From Octopus vulgaris (Eukaryota), in NCBI GenBank assembly GCA_951406725.2, contig OX597816.1, forward strand, positions 69,068,001 to 69,132,000: a DNA stretch of 64,000 nucleotides. The letters are read 5' to 3'. A program made the translations under genes and the position numbers. Under the pieces are notes generated by a model, which did not search any database, was not told the DNA's origin, and saw only the letters and a list, made by a program, of their open reading frames with translations. This document shows positions 26,300 through 49,550 of the stretch, piece by piece (position 1 is the first letter of the stretch; each line of letters starts with the position of its first letter).

Positions 26300-28060
26300 A
26301 CCAGGAGGCCAACCTTTTGTACATAAGAAAATTGTGTATATCTATTTTTCGCCTTCCTTTTTGGATGTTCTTGACTCAAAGAGGTACGCAACATCGATTA
26401 TATTGAACTTTGTCCACCGCCACTGGTTCTAGCTTGTTATGCTCCAGCACCTGATTTGTTTTTTTTGAATTAGGTAAACTCACAGGATTTTGCAGATCTC
26501 CAATTCCGCCACTCACTGCGGCTTGTGATCATACCACGTCTTGCCTCTCTCTAGATCCCACTCTTCGCGTAGTTTCCAATGTAGAACTTCATCATTTTGC
26601 CACACTCTATGATGGTTTGGAGGAAGTCTAGGGTATTCCTTCTAGTTTGGTCTTGTGCTGGCAGTATGGTGCACTCAATCTCTGCTTTCAGTGCTCCTTT
26701 CTACAGTCACTTCCACCTATGTTTTCCAGCAACTACAGTTTTGGCCACAGGGAATTGATTGTGTAGTCCCTTGTTCTGTAGTATTTCTTCATGTGTTTTT
26801 GTTTTTTCCCATTTTGTTTTGTGCTGTTTTTCTTTCTCCTCTCTCTGCTTTCAATACTCTCTCATGCCTCATTGATTGTAGCAATGTTTCCTATTCCTGC
26901 ACTTTGATGAAGTCCTCTATACATATAGAATTTTCTTCCTAATTCATCTGTATATATATTTCGACCAAACTACAAAGGCTGTGGATTATCTAAGTAGCGA
27001 TACTGCGCAAGTACTTACAGCCGTCATTGAATTCAGACCATTTAGCTTCATTAACACTCTCACCCTTCTCATGTACTCCTTCGGATATTTTCCTTTTATT
27101 TCTATATTTCGTACTCCATCAAATTCTAACACTTCTAGATACTTTTATCCTTCTATATGTTTCAGTGAACTTAATGTCGGGCCATCTGCTAAATGAATAC
27201 CTGTAAAAGAGAAGCTGTATATCCCCTTTTTATGACTAATATTGTGCATTTGTCTATTCTACAATTTACACCTGTATCTTTGCTGCAAAGTCTTACAGTT
27301 TGTAGAAAAAATTGTATTACCGAATCTTCTTAAAAAGCTTCAGATCATCCATATAGAGCAAATGGTTAATTTTTCCATTATTACCTTTAAACTGCTATGC
27401 TGCCTCTACCTTTCTTACTACTAAACTAAGGATAAATATACATAAGGTAAATATAAAAGAGGTTAACGAGCGTCCCTCGAAAATTCCTATTTTTACATTA
27501 ACGTTCCCTAAGGTTGTATTACCTGAGTAAAAGTGTACTTTCAATTTTTTCAAGCTATTACTAATTAAATCAACCGTATTCTCTATAATACTGAAGATGC
27601 TCAATTTTTCACTTATCCATGAGTGTGCAATCATGCTAGAGGTCTTTTTATTATCTGCCCATTGTTCAAGTTTTCTTTCTCGATATCACTTCCTTTAAAA
27701 CTGCTTTGCCCATGTATTATAGATCATGCATTCCTCTAGTTTTATTCATGCAAACTTCACGCTCTTCAGGAAGTAAATTCGGCTGTCAAGATGCTTATAA
27801 ATGCTTTCTGAGAGCATTCCTGTTCACAGCTTCCACACTAATGGTAAGTGAGTGGTTTATAATTACAGGCATTATTGCTGCTATTTTTGTCTTTCATAAG
27901 GAGTACTGTTCTCCCTCCAATCATCCGATCTGAGATCAGTTCTCCGTTCTGGCAATTGTGAAGGTGTTCTCTCAGTTTCCCAACCAATAACCTAAGTCTG
28001 GTCTCTTCCAGTTCGGTATTCTTCGAAACAATTTATTCATTTATTTACCCCTTAGATTTA
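26300..28060 (-). mobile_element. Second decayed R4/Dong-like LINE (RT to RLE)
   Basis: MIAHSWI..GIFEGRSL, KINHLLYMDDLKL (about 27340-27380), KYLEVLE..EYMRRVR, LHWKL..WYDHKP..KIL..IIDVA. Confidence 0.85.
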
Positions 28061-28664
28061 GATCTTGTGCTTTTCACTAACTACTTCTTCCTTCTCTTGG
28101 TTTTCAATTTAACGACACAGAAAGGGTGACAGATAAAGTCGACTGTGGAGGAATTTGATCTTGGAGCGTAAAGAGGACAGAATACCGTTAAATGGCGCGC
28201 TGACAATACTGTCAGCTCCCCACCGTTGTGCGTGTATGAAATAATATATACGCACAACGTAACAATATGTAAAAATATGACGGCAGCAAGTATATTTGTA
28301 CTTTTAGTTACCGACATCGGATAAAAGAATGCGTCAATGCTGGCTGTCTTGAATTGAACGCTGAAGGGCATGTATGTAAATACGGCAAGGAATTTTGTCT
28401 GGAGTTCGATTGATGCTATATTTGTAAGAAATTTGTATAGATTTTTCTATTATTGCTGTTATTTTTGTCAATATATGAAAAATAGGTGAATAAATGTAAA
28501 TAAATTCGCTTTCCATTTACGTTTTGTGTTGTCAAGAGACAGCAATGAAAGATTTCCCTAGGTTCCTATATCTCAAACGTTACCATAGTCATGTGCAGTG
28601 TATCCGGGCAAAGCATTGTATGTTGTGTATTTATTTTCAATATACATGAAGAAGTGTGTGTGTA

Positions 28665-28671
<7 letters not shown>

Positions 28672-28720
<49 letters not shown>

Positions 28721-29113
28721 CACACACACGCTCACACATTCAATATTTGTTAAATCTTGTTCATACAACATCGGAATATCAAAGCTTATTATGAAAAGTT
28801 TTATAACCTTTCGGAATTACAATTTACACAACTTCTAAATTGCCGTTGAAATGCTCTTTCAGTAAACGATTGACTAAAGTGTCAATAGGACTCTCAGTAT
28901 GTGATTATTGAATATATAGAGGACCCAAAAGCGGAAAAGGAAAAGGCGTCATACGCAAACCCTTTTGTGTCGAGCATACTCGTCACATGAAACACATTGC
29001 AGTGACTTGTACACAATACAATAAGACAGAAAATATTACATATATAAGGCGACTCGAAACATACATAGAAACATATATATGTATTTCATATGTATATATA
29101 TATATACACACAC

Positions 29114-29165
<52 letters not shown>

Positions 29166-29180
29166 CACACACACACAAAT

Positions 29181-29247
<67 letters not shown>

Positions 29248-29370
29248 ATATATATACATATATAAATATAAAATTATACATATATATATGTATGTATAAC
29301 CTAATATATATGCATATATATACACACATATGTATAAGTGTATATACATATATATATATATATATATTGT
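28672..29370. repeat. (TA)n/(CA)n microsatellite cluster
   Basis: Multiple perfect TA tracts. Confidence 0.9.
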
Positions 29371-30111
29371 CATTCGATGTGGCAGAAATAGCAGCTGAAT
29401 CGTCCTCTAAATTACATTGTACCGTTTGGCAATTCCAGTAGATATTATATAATGTAGGTATGCAATGACTGAGAAACGGTGGGAGTCGACGCGGTTCTTT
29501 CCATTCATTACTGACCTGCAGGGTAAACATCAATAACCGTATTTAAAATGAGGTAATAACCACCACATATCTGCGCGCTATTAATTCTCATAACTATTCA
29601 GAAGGTAACATTCTACATGTAATAACAGAGTATCTTATTTCATTGAATCTCACACTTATAATGGCTCCTATGTAAAATCAATGCAATATGTATTTATCTA
29701 TTTATTTATTTATTTCTATAGCAAATCCAAGGTCACACACAAACTTCTAGGTATAGGTAAATATACAGTTATACACACAAATGTTTTCCTATAAGTCTTC
29801 GCATGTTTATCAACCAAATTATCATTATTTTGCTTTTTCTTGTCTATCTATCTATCTACACATCCATTTATTTTTTGATTCCCCCACGCTCCCTCTCTCT
29901 CACGTTCCTTCACTCTCTCTAGCTTTCTCTCTGTATCTATCTAATTATCGTCCTCTTTATGTATGTATATATATGTGCATGTATACATATATATATATAT
30001 ATATCCATAAAATTCTGTAGTTACCTGTCAAATAATATTAACGTGAATAACTGTATACGTATACATATATATGTGTATATATGTATATATCCGTGTGCAT
30101 GTATATAAAAG

Positions 30112-30149
<38 letters not shown>

Positions 30150-31144
30150 GCGCGTGTGTGTATGTATGTATGTATGTGTGTAAAGATACATGATACATAT
30201 ACACACATATATATATGCTTATATATAAATGTGTGTGTGCATATGTATATATATATACATACATATATACATACATATACACACACACTAATATATATCT
30301 GCATAAAATTGACAAATTATATCAATATATATACGTTTTGGTGAGTGTGAAAAAAAAAAGAAAAAAATCGGGATGCGTTATAATTCAATGAAATTATTAT
30401 TGCACTTTGGCTGAGAAGCATGGGACTTTAGAAAGAAAGAGAAAAATCCTTTTATTATCGAACTAAAGAAAGTAAATTCCATTGCCTGAATTCTTTTTCT
30501 ATCAGATATAATGTCATTTCCTATATCATTCGGTTTACAAAGGTTCAAATGCATAAAGTAATTTGTATTCATAATTGCTATTGAAGATTTACAAATTCTC
30601 TGCATTCTTCATTATTATTTATATTGGTTACAAAGGAAAGTATTGGAGATATATTTTAAAGGTGTTATATGGAGGCGAAGGAACTGCAATTTTCATTGGC
30701 GCAATGATTTTTGCAAAAAAAAAAAAATAATAAAATGAGGTGAGGAGGGTGGAAAATAGAATGATGGAAGACAAACAAACGAGGAAAAGAGAAAATAGTG
30801 AATAAATTTTCGATATACACAAATAGAATTGAGATAAATTTAGAAGACACAGAGATGAGAGAGAGCAAGAGAAAGAGAGAAAGAGAAACAGAGAGAGAAA
30901 GAGTGAAGGTGGAAGTGAAAAGGGAAGTGAAAGACGGGAAGATACACCGTAGGCAATAGGCATAGACTGTTAGTGAGGGAGATATGAAAGCCGACTGACA
31001 ACAGACAGACAAAGAGTCAGCATATGAGACAGGAAAGGCATATAAGCAGAGATATTAAGAGACATAGCTTTAGAAATCTCAAAATATAACGCACATAGGT
31101 GTCTATCTATCTATCTGTCTGTCTGTCTGTGTCTCTCTCTCTCT

Positions 31145-37860
<6,716 letters not shown>

Positions 37861-39141
37861 GCAGATTCACATTACCAGGGAGTGGTATAGGAGCATAGCA
37901 ATTATTGCTGTGCGTTAGTATGTATATTTGAAACATAAATTAAAATAAAATAAAACACATGAATTCCCACGTATTCCAACATACATAGAATATATCCATA
38001 TAAATAGGAAAAAGTAAAATAAAATAAACACCAGTTTTGTCTTGTAATGTGCCTTCACCAGATTCTTAAGCTGCCTCGTTTTACAATATTCAGCTGCTTT
38101 CATCATTCAAACTTGTTGCAGGAAAATCAATTTGGTTGTTCTTATACGTTATTCTGTATTATTATTCCAATCTTTTCCTATGATGTTTTATGTTTTGTAA
38201 ATAAATTATTGGAAGCAGTAATTGCATCAAGTAAAGAAGGACAATTTAAAATTCCATGCCTACAATCCATGCAAATAAAGTTTAGATCAATATTCGCAAC
38301 TCTAGAACAAACAAATGTTGCCATTTCTCAGACAATCAGGAAGATGCTTCTGTTGTGCAATATGCGTAACGCCCCCATTTTTTTTTACTGTTTTAATATA
38401 TATCTTATTTGAACTGCCATTTGTTGTTGGTGAATTTGTTTGTTTCTCTGAGGCGTGGGAGATAGATAAATCAATAAGATATCGTAATACTAAACCGAAA
38501 CAGCAGAATCCGAGATAACGAGTATTGGTCTTTCTCGGTTCTGAGAATATATACAGACTTGCTGTGAGAAGTGCGAGCTGATGAGAGATTGTTTGTGAAT
38601 ACTATACGAGTAGAACGTAATATATACCCTGGTTAGTCCACTCTCATTTGCTCAGTGCATTCAATGCATCATTAAGTAAAATTTACAGCTGCAAGAAGTG
38701 GTAGGCCTTTGAAATTAACTATTGCTAAGTTGGATTGTGTTGCAATAGTCAAGGTTCCATATAGGTCAGGAGAATTTCGCGAGATATTTATCCAATTAAT
38801 AGTTGTTCACGTGATAAGAGTTAGCTCATCAATAGTTGATTAAGATTCAATAATCATTTTGTGAAGAAACTAAATTTAATTTTCAGTCGATAAGAAACAA
38901 GTGTGTACGTTAATGACAGTAAAATGTAAAAAGGGGATTCTTAACATCCATTTGTTACATTCCTGCGTGTTAAAGAAGGTAAAATCTAAAAAACAGAGCT
39001 TTGTTAACAACATTAAATCCAGGTCTGTACATTAAATTTCTGTCAATTTTAAGGTTACTTTCTTAACTACTTTTACATTGTTCATTTATTTGATACTTAG
39101 AAATTTCACTGACTAACTATATTAATAATAAGGAAAACCGA

Positions 39142-41570
<2,429 letters not shown>

Positions 41571-43338
41571 ACATGTATGCGTGTGTGTGTGTCCAATGTG
41601 CAGAAAACTGATATTATTTTCTGTCAAAATAAATCGTTGAGAACGTTTAAATGGTGAAGCTGCGGATTTTCATTCATATTCTGAAATTGTGTATTAAATT
41701 TTATTACATGGTGTAAATGCAGTGAAACGAAAACTCATAAGAAATGAGCAAAATAAATGTTATAAACAAGCGTGAATATTGCTTTAATACATATGATGTA
41801 AAGTAATTACTAACAATAATGATCTCTTTACATATCTGGCAGTAGAGCATTACAATGCTGACATGCAATATTGTTGTTAAACAGCAGTTTATGCCGGCTG
41901 TTGCTGGCAAAATTATAGACATGTTAAATAAAAATTTTGGTGTGTTTTACAGGCATTTGGAAATTTGAAAATTCAGTATAATCTTAGAAGAGGTAAACAG
42001 ATTAAGATTAAAATTCTTGTACTTTATAAAAGCAAGATATATATAATGATTTTGGCAATAATGGAATGGCTCAAGTTGGAGTCAATCAAAAGAAATGTTG
42101 CATAATTGTATAAGAAGGGAAGAGGTAATCTGTTATCAAGCAACTATATACAGTGCGATGTTCATTACATGACCAGACACAGTCACAACAGAAATGCTTC
42201 ATAAAACATCGAAATATGATTAATGCACAATACATCAACATTTGATGGATTGTCACCAATCTATAGTACAGGGCTATATTTTCAGCTATTCATTACATTA
42301 TGCAGCAAAATAAAGAAAAGAAAACCAAAAATGTACGTCTATTAACGGTCAAGGATCATAATGTCATTTATTATCATGTGAAATATGAATGCATACGCGA
42401 TCCACTCTGAGAGTTTGCGTTCATGATTTCGTAATACGGAAATATCTTTCAAAATATGGTAACAGTATTAAGAGCTAAATAAAAGTTCATAAGTGGAAAT
42501 TTTCTAATATACAGTGTAGCTTTGATTTGAAATCTAACCGCTAAGTAGACTCTCAGACACACGATTGAACCGCAATATTTTCATGTGATCGGTCAATTAG
42601 GCAACAACTCAGCATAAAACCGCCCTGTGATACCCTATTTTAGAAAGTTCTTGTACGCTATAAAAGAGTCGTTTTTGGTGCCTACGCTCTTTGCAGAGTG
42701 TTGACTCAGGTGTATGTCAAATTTCTCCATTATAGCCAATCAAACGGTCGCAGCAGACGAGTCAGAAAGCCGGCCAAGACAGATTGTTATCCAAGAAATT
42801 TCACGTCACTAAAATATCAGAACTGATTTCTGATCTGTTGGACAAGCAGCATGTTGACGTACGAATAGCTTTCTGTTACCTCAGAGCGGTATCTCTCTGC
42901 TAGTCTGTAATTATTACTGTTGTTAACTGATAAATGTTCAAGGGTGCTTCTCAGTTACTCCTTCACACAGCCAAGGAACATATTTTCATTTATTAAATCA
43001 AATAGCTACCGTACAGCATCCACTAAATTTCATAAAACACACCTGGTAATACCAATAGAAGCTTACGAAAGAATTCATTAATTCGTGTACCCTTATCACC
43101 ATTGAAAATCCTGCAATAGATTATATTATTCCATAAGTAGTAAAGTATCTTTCTCAGGATCCGTAAATACATAATACATACATACATAAATACATGCATA
43201 CACGGATATGCATGTATGTATATATGTAGATGTGTGTGTGTGTGTGTGTATTAATTGAAGCCTGGTTTTAAAGAGGTTTCAGAGAGTATATATAAGCTTT
43301 ATATCAACGTATGCTATCTTCAGTTGATTTATGTTTGG

Positions 43339-43564
43339 TTATTACTCACAAGGGGCTAAACATAGAGGGGACAAATAAGGACAGACAAACGGATTAAGTC
43401 GATTACATAAACCCCACTGCGTTACTGTTATTTAATTTATCGACCCCGAAAGGATGAAAGGCAAAGTCGACCTCGGAGGAATTTGAACTCAGAACGTAGC
43501 TACGGGCGAAATACTGCGAAGCACTTCGCCCGGCGTGCTAACGTCTCTGCCAGCTCGCCGCCTT
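43339..43564 (-). mobile_element. SINE family B
   Basis: cgaccccgaaaggatgaaaggcaaagtcgacctc...ctgccagctcgccgcctt. Confidence 0.9.
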
Positions 43565-43789
43565 GAATCTGATAATATATACGCATCTGAGAGAGAGAGG
43601 GGGAGAGAAAGAGAGGCGACAGGAGAAAACAGACAGTAGGGTTATTGAAAGAACAGAAGTGGGGAAAGGCATTTGTCATTAGTGAAATTGCTATTGTTAA
43701 GTACACAAACCATAGGTAGCAGTGAGTTTGCTGCAAATAAAGCTCACCTTAAACTGCATTAGTGTGAACACATGAAACCTAATGAAGCC

Positions 43790-44330
43790 TGCTAAAACAT
43801 AAGAGTAAGTTTTTTTTCCAAAGTTGTTGTCTTGTAGATGTTCTGGAATTAGTTTGTGGTCTTTTAGAGTGATGTAAGTCCTCTGGATTAAGATGACAGT
43901 CGTGTCTTTGATATTAAGGTTAATAGCAATATTTTAGCTAATGTGTTGACTTAATCTAACTTGGCAAGTTAATCTGCGTTTCTCTGTCATTGAAAACCTA
44001 GTTCATATAATTCGGTTATATGTTTGGCTTCTTGAAAGAAATTTTCCATTTCATTAGATTTTAATGTCATTCTTCCGTTTTATCTCCTTGATATTACTGC
44101 TTAGGCCTACTTGGAAGATCTTGCTGTATGTACGTAAAGTGATTTTTCTGTTATTGCGGGGCAAAGATCATTTTCAATTTGTTGAAACTGAAAGTTGTCA
44201 TACGGGGATTTACTAAAAGTTTTTGTTGTCGTTTTAGCAGACTTTTTTTCAAACATTTGTATTGGCATCGAATCCTTTTTCATTAGTGCTGTTCTTGCTA
44301 GACCGAAAATTTTAAGTATGTTAAGACCGC
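43790..44330 (-). mobile_element. Decayed Penelope-like (Naiad-type) RT N-terminal fragment
   Basis: Minus strand remnants QQIENDL, RTYSKIFQVGLSSNIKEIK and TYITLKDHK. Confidence 0.65.
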
Positions 44331-44420
44331 GCGATTGCGGTAGATTTTGAAAATTTATAGCATATAGACTGGAGACTTCCTTAACATCGCCTCGTGGATA
44401 TATACTCGTCCTTGGCTTCT

Positions 44421-44504
44421 CTGCTGACGAGGCACGCCAGTTGTAAATAAATTTAATTCAATTTAATTATTTTGTTTACCAAAGTTTGCCGAAAATATGC
44501 ATAG
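44421..44504 (+). ncRNA. Degenerate HHR-like motif, antisense to the adjacent RT fragment
   Basis: ctg-CTGACGA-ggca...tgcc-GAAA-atat-GCA-tag. Confidence 0.45.
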
Positions 44505-44729
44505 TCCAGAGATGAAAGGGGTAAACGTTTTTATTTCTCTTTCAATTTCAGAATTACAACTATTAGCGGTTTGAGTTTGGCTGCTCTTTCTAGTGAGTCG
44601 AATGTCCTATTATGGCCATTCCTTATATTTTTGAATGTATATTATATAGTTTGTGACTATCTTTCACTTCTCACTGGACCGCTGGTAGCGGAGAATTTTT
44701 TCTAGAATTTTTTGCTACCCTTATATTTA

Positions 44730-44774
<45 letters not shown>

Positions 44775-44783
44775 TTCCCCAAG

Positions 44784-44827
44784 ACACCTGAAGAAGGATG
44801 GAGGGTATATCAGCCGAAACGTTGTTA
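44784..44827 (+). ncRNA. HHR-like motif right after (TA)n, with weakened stem I
   Basis: acac-CTGAAGA-aggatg...cagcc-GAAAC-GTT-gtta. Confidence 0.55.
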
Positions 44828-45493
44828 TCAACAAGCAAGATGAGGACAAATATCCGTCGAATGTAAATAATGCAAGTTATAAACGTCCTAACATCGTGGT
44901 AAAAGTGGAAGAATGGGGGAAACACCAAGCTTCATGCAGGAAATTTTGCAGCGACAAAGATTAAGGAAACAAAAAGTAGAGATGAACTACAAGCATGTGC
45001 TCCTTCACTTCTGTGTTAATCTCCGGTGTGAATCCACATGCTTATGTAAATGGCTGGTTCGGCTGTCGTCCATGCAACATCTATATTCCAGCCTGTGCCT
45101 GTAACATCTTGTATCCCTTCCACACACGCCAGCTTAATTTAATTTGTCCTTAGTCGAAAGACACCTGTTGTTACGACTTATTTGTATTTGTGTAACATTC
45201 TCCGTTTTTATTCCGTCCTTGTCTTCGTATACATTCGCTGCTTTTTTCCAAGGAATCTAATGCTCGTAGATTAGTTTTCCATTGGGACTGGCCAGATTGG
45301 AGCAATCTCGAGTATAACCAGCCGAAATTGCAAAGATAATCTGGAATTCGACTGAGGAAAGAAAACTCCGAATGACACGTTCTTGTTTTGTTTGAATCGC
45401 TTATCTGGATGTTTTGTTGTCCCCTTTTTTGTATCACGTATCACATGTCTGGATTTTTTGCGTTCTTCTTCCATTTTGTATTTTTTGTACATA

Positions 45494-45557
<64 letters not shown>

Positions 45558-45801
45558 AGTAGCGTTAATATGATTTATTAACTTCAAAAATTCAACATGT
45601 TCACTTAGCTACTTCTCCATTTTCTAGATTTTAATTCGAATATTTATATACCAAGATTTATATCTAAATCTGTTGTATTAGGAATATTTCTATTCACAAC
45701 AGAATAATAGTTAACAAACCAGTAATTAATGGGATATTTTCTATCCTTTAGTAGTTTTGTTTAACCTCTATTTAAATTTATATATATATTTATATATATA
45801 T

Positions 45802-45983
45802 ATAGAATGGTTGTATACTGTCAATCTAACACGAACGTGAAGTACACCACCGCTGTATAGCCTAGGAAGCACCGGGCTATACAGCGGTGGTGTACCCTAC
45901 TGTCACGCTCGTGTTAGATTGACAGTATACAACCATTCTATCGCCCCACCACCGTACATGTCTCTACGAGAGATTTAGTATTT

Positions 45984-45986
<3 letters not shown>
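45802..45986. repeat. 140-bp near-perfect hairpin element between (TA)n tracts
   Basis: 33-bp outer stem atagaatggttgtatactgtcaatctaacacga and 21-bp inner stem gtacaccaccgctgtatagcc, each with its exact reverse complement; hairpin spans 45802-45941. Confidence 0.9.
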
Positions 45987-46029
<43 letters not shown>

Positions 46030-46032
<3 letters not shown>

Positions 46033-46232
46033 TAATAAAAACGAAGAAAAAGTAACAACCAGAAGAAAAACAACAACACGAGTACGTGGTACATACAAAG
46101 TATTAATAAGACGTTCAGAGGAAGAAAGAAAGGGTATTTTACGTTTCGAGCAAAGTTCTTCTTCGGAAACAGGAGACAGAGGAAAGTCCAAGAGACAAGG
46201 AAGACGGAGGAAAAAACTGCCAACAGTCCACA
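46030..46232 (-). mobile_element. Short HHR-bearing non-coding repeat (mini-HHR family)
   Basis: 46137-46169 minus: ttt-CCGAAGA-agaac-ttt-gctc-GAAAC-GTA-aaa; downstream ctgaacgtc; TA flanks. Confidence 0.65.
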
Positions 46233-48852
46233 TATATATAAGTGTGTGTGATTGTGTGAGTGTAGGTGTGTGTATACACACACGCACACACACATATATA
46301 TATGTAAATAAATGTGCTTACATAGATACGTATTACTGAACAGCCATTAATATGCAAGTCGGTTAAATACTAATGGCTTTTGGCTTCATCTGGCCTGTGA
46401 CTGGTAATTTTATCCGATATTACAATTTTCAAGAGGCATGTTTGGACTGATATTTCAGAAAAAAATAAATATGGTTTGTCGACAGTCTTATTATACTGGA
46501 TTATATAAGTATTAGTAGGTTTCTCTTTCCAATAAATGTCACCCCTTTAAATATGTGTGATTTGTGGTTGTCCATGAGTATATATCTCTATGTATTTTTA
46601 TAAATATGTATATTTATATGAAAATGCTTAAACATATGCTTACATTCACAGACACACTCACATACACCAGAAACACACACAGACACACACAAAAACACAA
46701 ACACACATATATATATGTACACATGCCTGCGTATATATAAATGATTATACATGTACTGTAATGTTTATACATATAGTCATGTGTATTGGAATATACGTAT
46801 ACACATTTGTATATATGTACTACTTATAAACATACACACATATATATGTATATATATATATACTGACACACTCACATGCGCGCGAGCACACACATATTTC
46901 ATACGTACACATTTGTCTATGCACGTATTATACATGCTACGATGCATATGACATTAACGCCTGTTGACGTCACTCTTCGACGTTTCTCATTTATTGTCCA
47001 TTGTTTTTCTCTTGTTTATTAAACACATTGTAATCATTTTCAGTCTAGAAAATACATACTGTCTTCTTTTAATTTCTCTTTTATTCACCATGTGTTGCTA
47101 GTCTTCGATGACATTATCAAAGAGAAAAAAAAAGACGATCAATTAGTTCTTAATAATTAAGTTAGGTAAAAATCAATTCTTATACACTTCAAATGATCAA
47201 TAAATGATCATCTCATCTTAATTAAAGTTAAACCAAGTAGAAATTACATTTAATTAAGATGAAATAACATCGTAACGTATAACGAAACTTATATGGATTT
47301 ATCACTATATTCTTGTTTATAAATCTATCGGATATATTTGTGAACATACGTGTTTGTTTGTGTGTGTATGTGGGTGTATGTGTGCGTTTGAGTTTGTTTG
47401 TGAGTGCGTGTGTGTGTGTATCACCTGCTTAAGAAAGAAAATTGTGCAAGTTAATTGAATTTGATAAAAAAATATCAGAAAGTAAATTAACGTGTTTATA
47501 AAACATAAAGTGAATAAGAAAAACTAAATATAAAAACAGAAGATTACTAATGAAAAATTATTCTTATATAATATCTTCTTAAAAAGTATCATTAACTTAT
47601 TTTTGTATACTTTTGCCGCTTGCATATGCGTCATAATACTTTTTTCTAATCTCTTAACATCACTTAACGGTTTGATTATAAATTTAAAGTACCTTCATAA
47701 AAATAATCATAAAACCTACATGATTAGAATGCGCAATAGTTTATTGCGAAAGGCAAAAGTTTTACGACGCTCTACTACTTTGCATATTTCTGCTGAAAAG
47801 TATGCACGTATGTATATAAATCTGGCAATAAAACGTAAAGAAAGAAAACGATATTCAAGAAAATATTTAAATTCCCGACATACATTATTATTTGTTGTAT
47901 TTGGCCTATGAACGTATATCTGGAGAGAACGTGTATGTGCTAACTTGGAGAGATGTATTAGAATGACATCTAGTTTGTAACGACGTCAGTGCTGTAATCA
48001 ATCATGCGGTGATCTTTTTTGAGTTTCCTCTAATCAAGTATAAACTTCGAGAGCTGAGGTTATATTTTTATTTAGAATTACACTATTACTTTAAGTTTTT
48101 TGCGAAATATTAACGACATGCCCACAACAATGAACCAAAGACTTTCAGTGAAAAAAATGCAATTCATACCGAAAGAGTTGTTTAGAAATGTAAGATATTT
48201 CCGCTACTACTCACATATATTTACAATTCTGCATGCAAAGAAAGGTTAACCAGCTTTTCCAGTCAAACTGTCTCACCAACTTGTGTCATAGGCTGAAAAC
48301 ATGTCCTCCACGCTACTATACCAAGAGTGTATACATAACACTACTCTAGAATCTAGATGCTTGAGTTGTCAGACGCGTAATATTCAAGATAATGATGAGA
48401 AAGAGAAAATAATTTTCTTATAATAATTCTGCTTGTCATTATGTTACTTAGCCCGTCGGTAACGCTTTCACGTTATTAGAGAAAGGAGGGGAGAGAAAAA
48501 GAGAGAGGCAGAAAGAGAGGGAGAGAGAAGCGTCCGTGACATGAGGTAGATGGAATGTAATTGTAAAGTTTTCACGTGATTTGTTGAGCGGAAAGAGAAG
48601 AGAAAGGAAAAGGAGAGAGACAAAGAGGACAAGGCGAAGAGTGAGACAGAATAAGAAAGAAAGAATAAGGGAGCGAGAAAGACGGAGAATGAAAAAAAGA
48701 TTACAAAATACTGAAGTAATTACATAACAGTTGTAAATATATTATATAATGTAGCAAATCACCTCATCGGTAAACATTGCAGAACACTAATGAAATGAAT
48801 TTGTATTTTATCTAAACGTATGTAATTTCTATTTCATGGTTCATTTTCTGCA

Positions 48853-49550
48853 TACTAGTGTATCCCGAGGTTGAGGATTCACATTATCTTACATTGGATA
48901 CAGTTGTGGAGTGTGGAACCCACTACTAGAATATAGTACTAGAACATAGGAGGAAATACTAAAATCTGTGTATACTAAAATCTTGAAGCATGTTACGTAA
49001 TAACAGGCCAATCAGATATGAAATAATAATTCAAAGTAAATAACACTCTAAAGGGCTTTTGTGCATTCCCAGAGAATTTTACCCTCAAGGGCCGCTAGTG
49101 TTTGTATACTCGTGAATAAATCACTAACCGAAATAAGTGGATCTCTTGTTTAAGAATATACTATTTACTTGTTTCGGTGTTGTACTGGATAAAATGTGAA
49201 AATAACTGTAACAGTTCAAATACTAAGAAATAAGCATACTCAATTTCAATTTTACCAAATAATAAAGGAAAACGAATGGGTTATTTCCCTTGGCTATATA
49301 TAAGGATTCCTTCCAGGGACGAATGGGTTATTTACCTTCGTTTTTGATATAAAATGTATTATATATAAGGATTCCTTCCAGGGGCTCTAGTATTGATTTT
49401 TCCAACAATCTGAGTATGTCATGAGGCTGCCAGACTTAATTTCTATTCATGTGTCAGATTTCAGGAAAATTGATAAAACGATGTAGGAGGAGTTAGCTAA
49501 CAACTCTACAAACACGCCCACAGACAGAATTTCCCACATATGTAGTAGAT
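48853..49550 (+). mobile_element. Possible Helentron-associated (HINE/DINE-1-like) element with internal duplication
   Basis: tactag start; internal direct repeats gaatgggttattt and tatatataaggattccttccaggg; end gtaggaggagttag...cacagacagaattt...gtagtagat. Confidence 0.4.

Noticed and set aside
38047-38412. 121-aa ORF in non-repeat sequence
   Set aside because: No recognisable domain or splice context; length plausible by chance
41953-41992. 40-bp plus-strand exon-like segment (ttttacag|...|gtaaac)
   Set aside because: Isolated, no partner exons, no recognisable peptide
45348-45385. ctgagga...gaatg HHR-like string
   Set aside because: No convincing stems or GAAA/NUH elements
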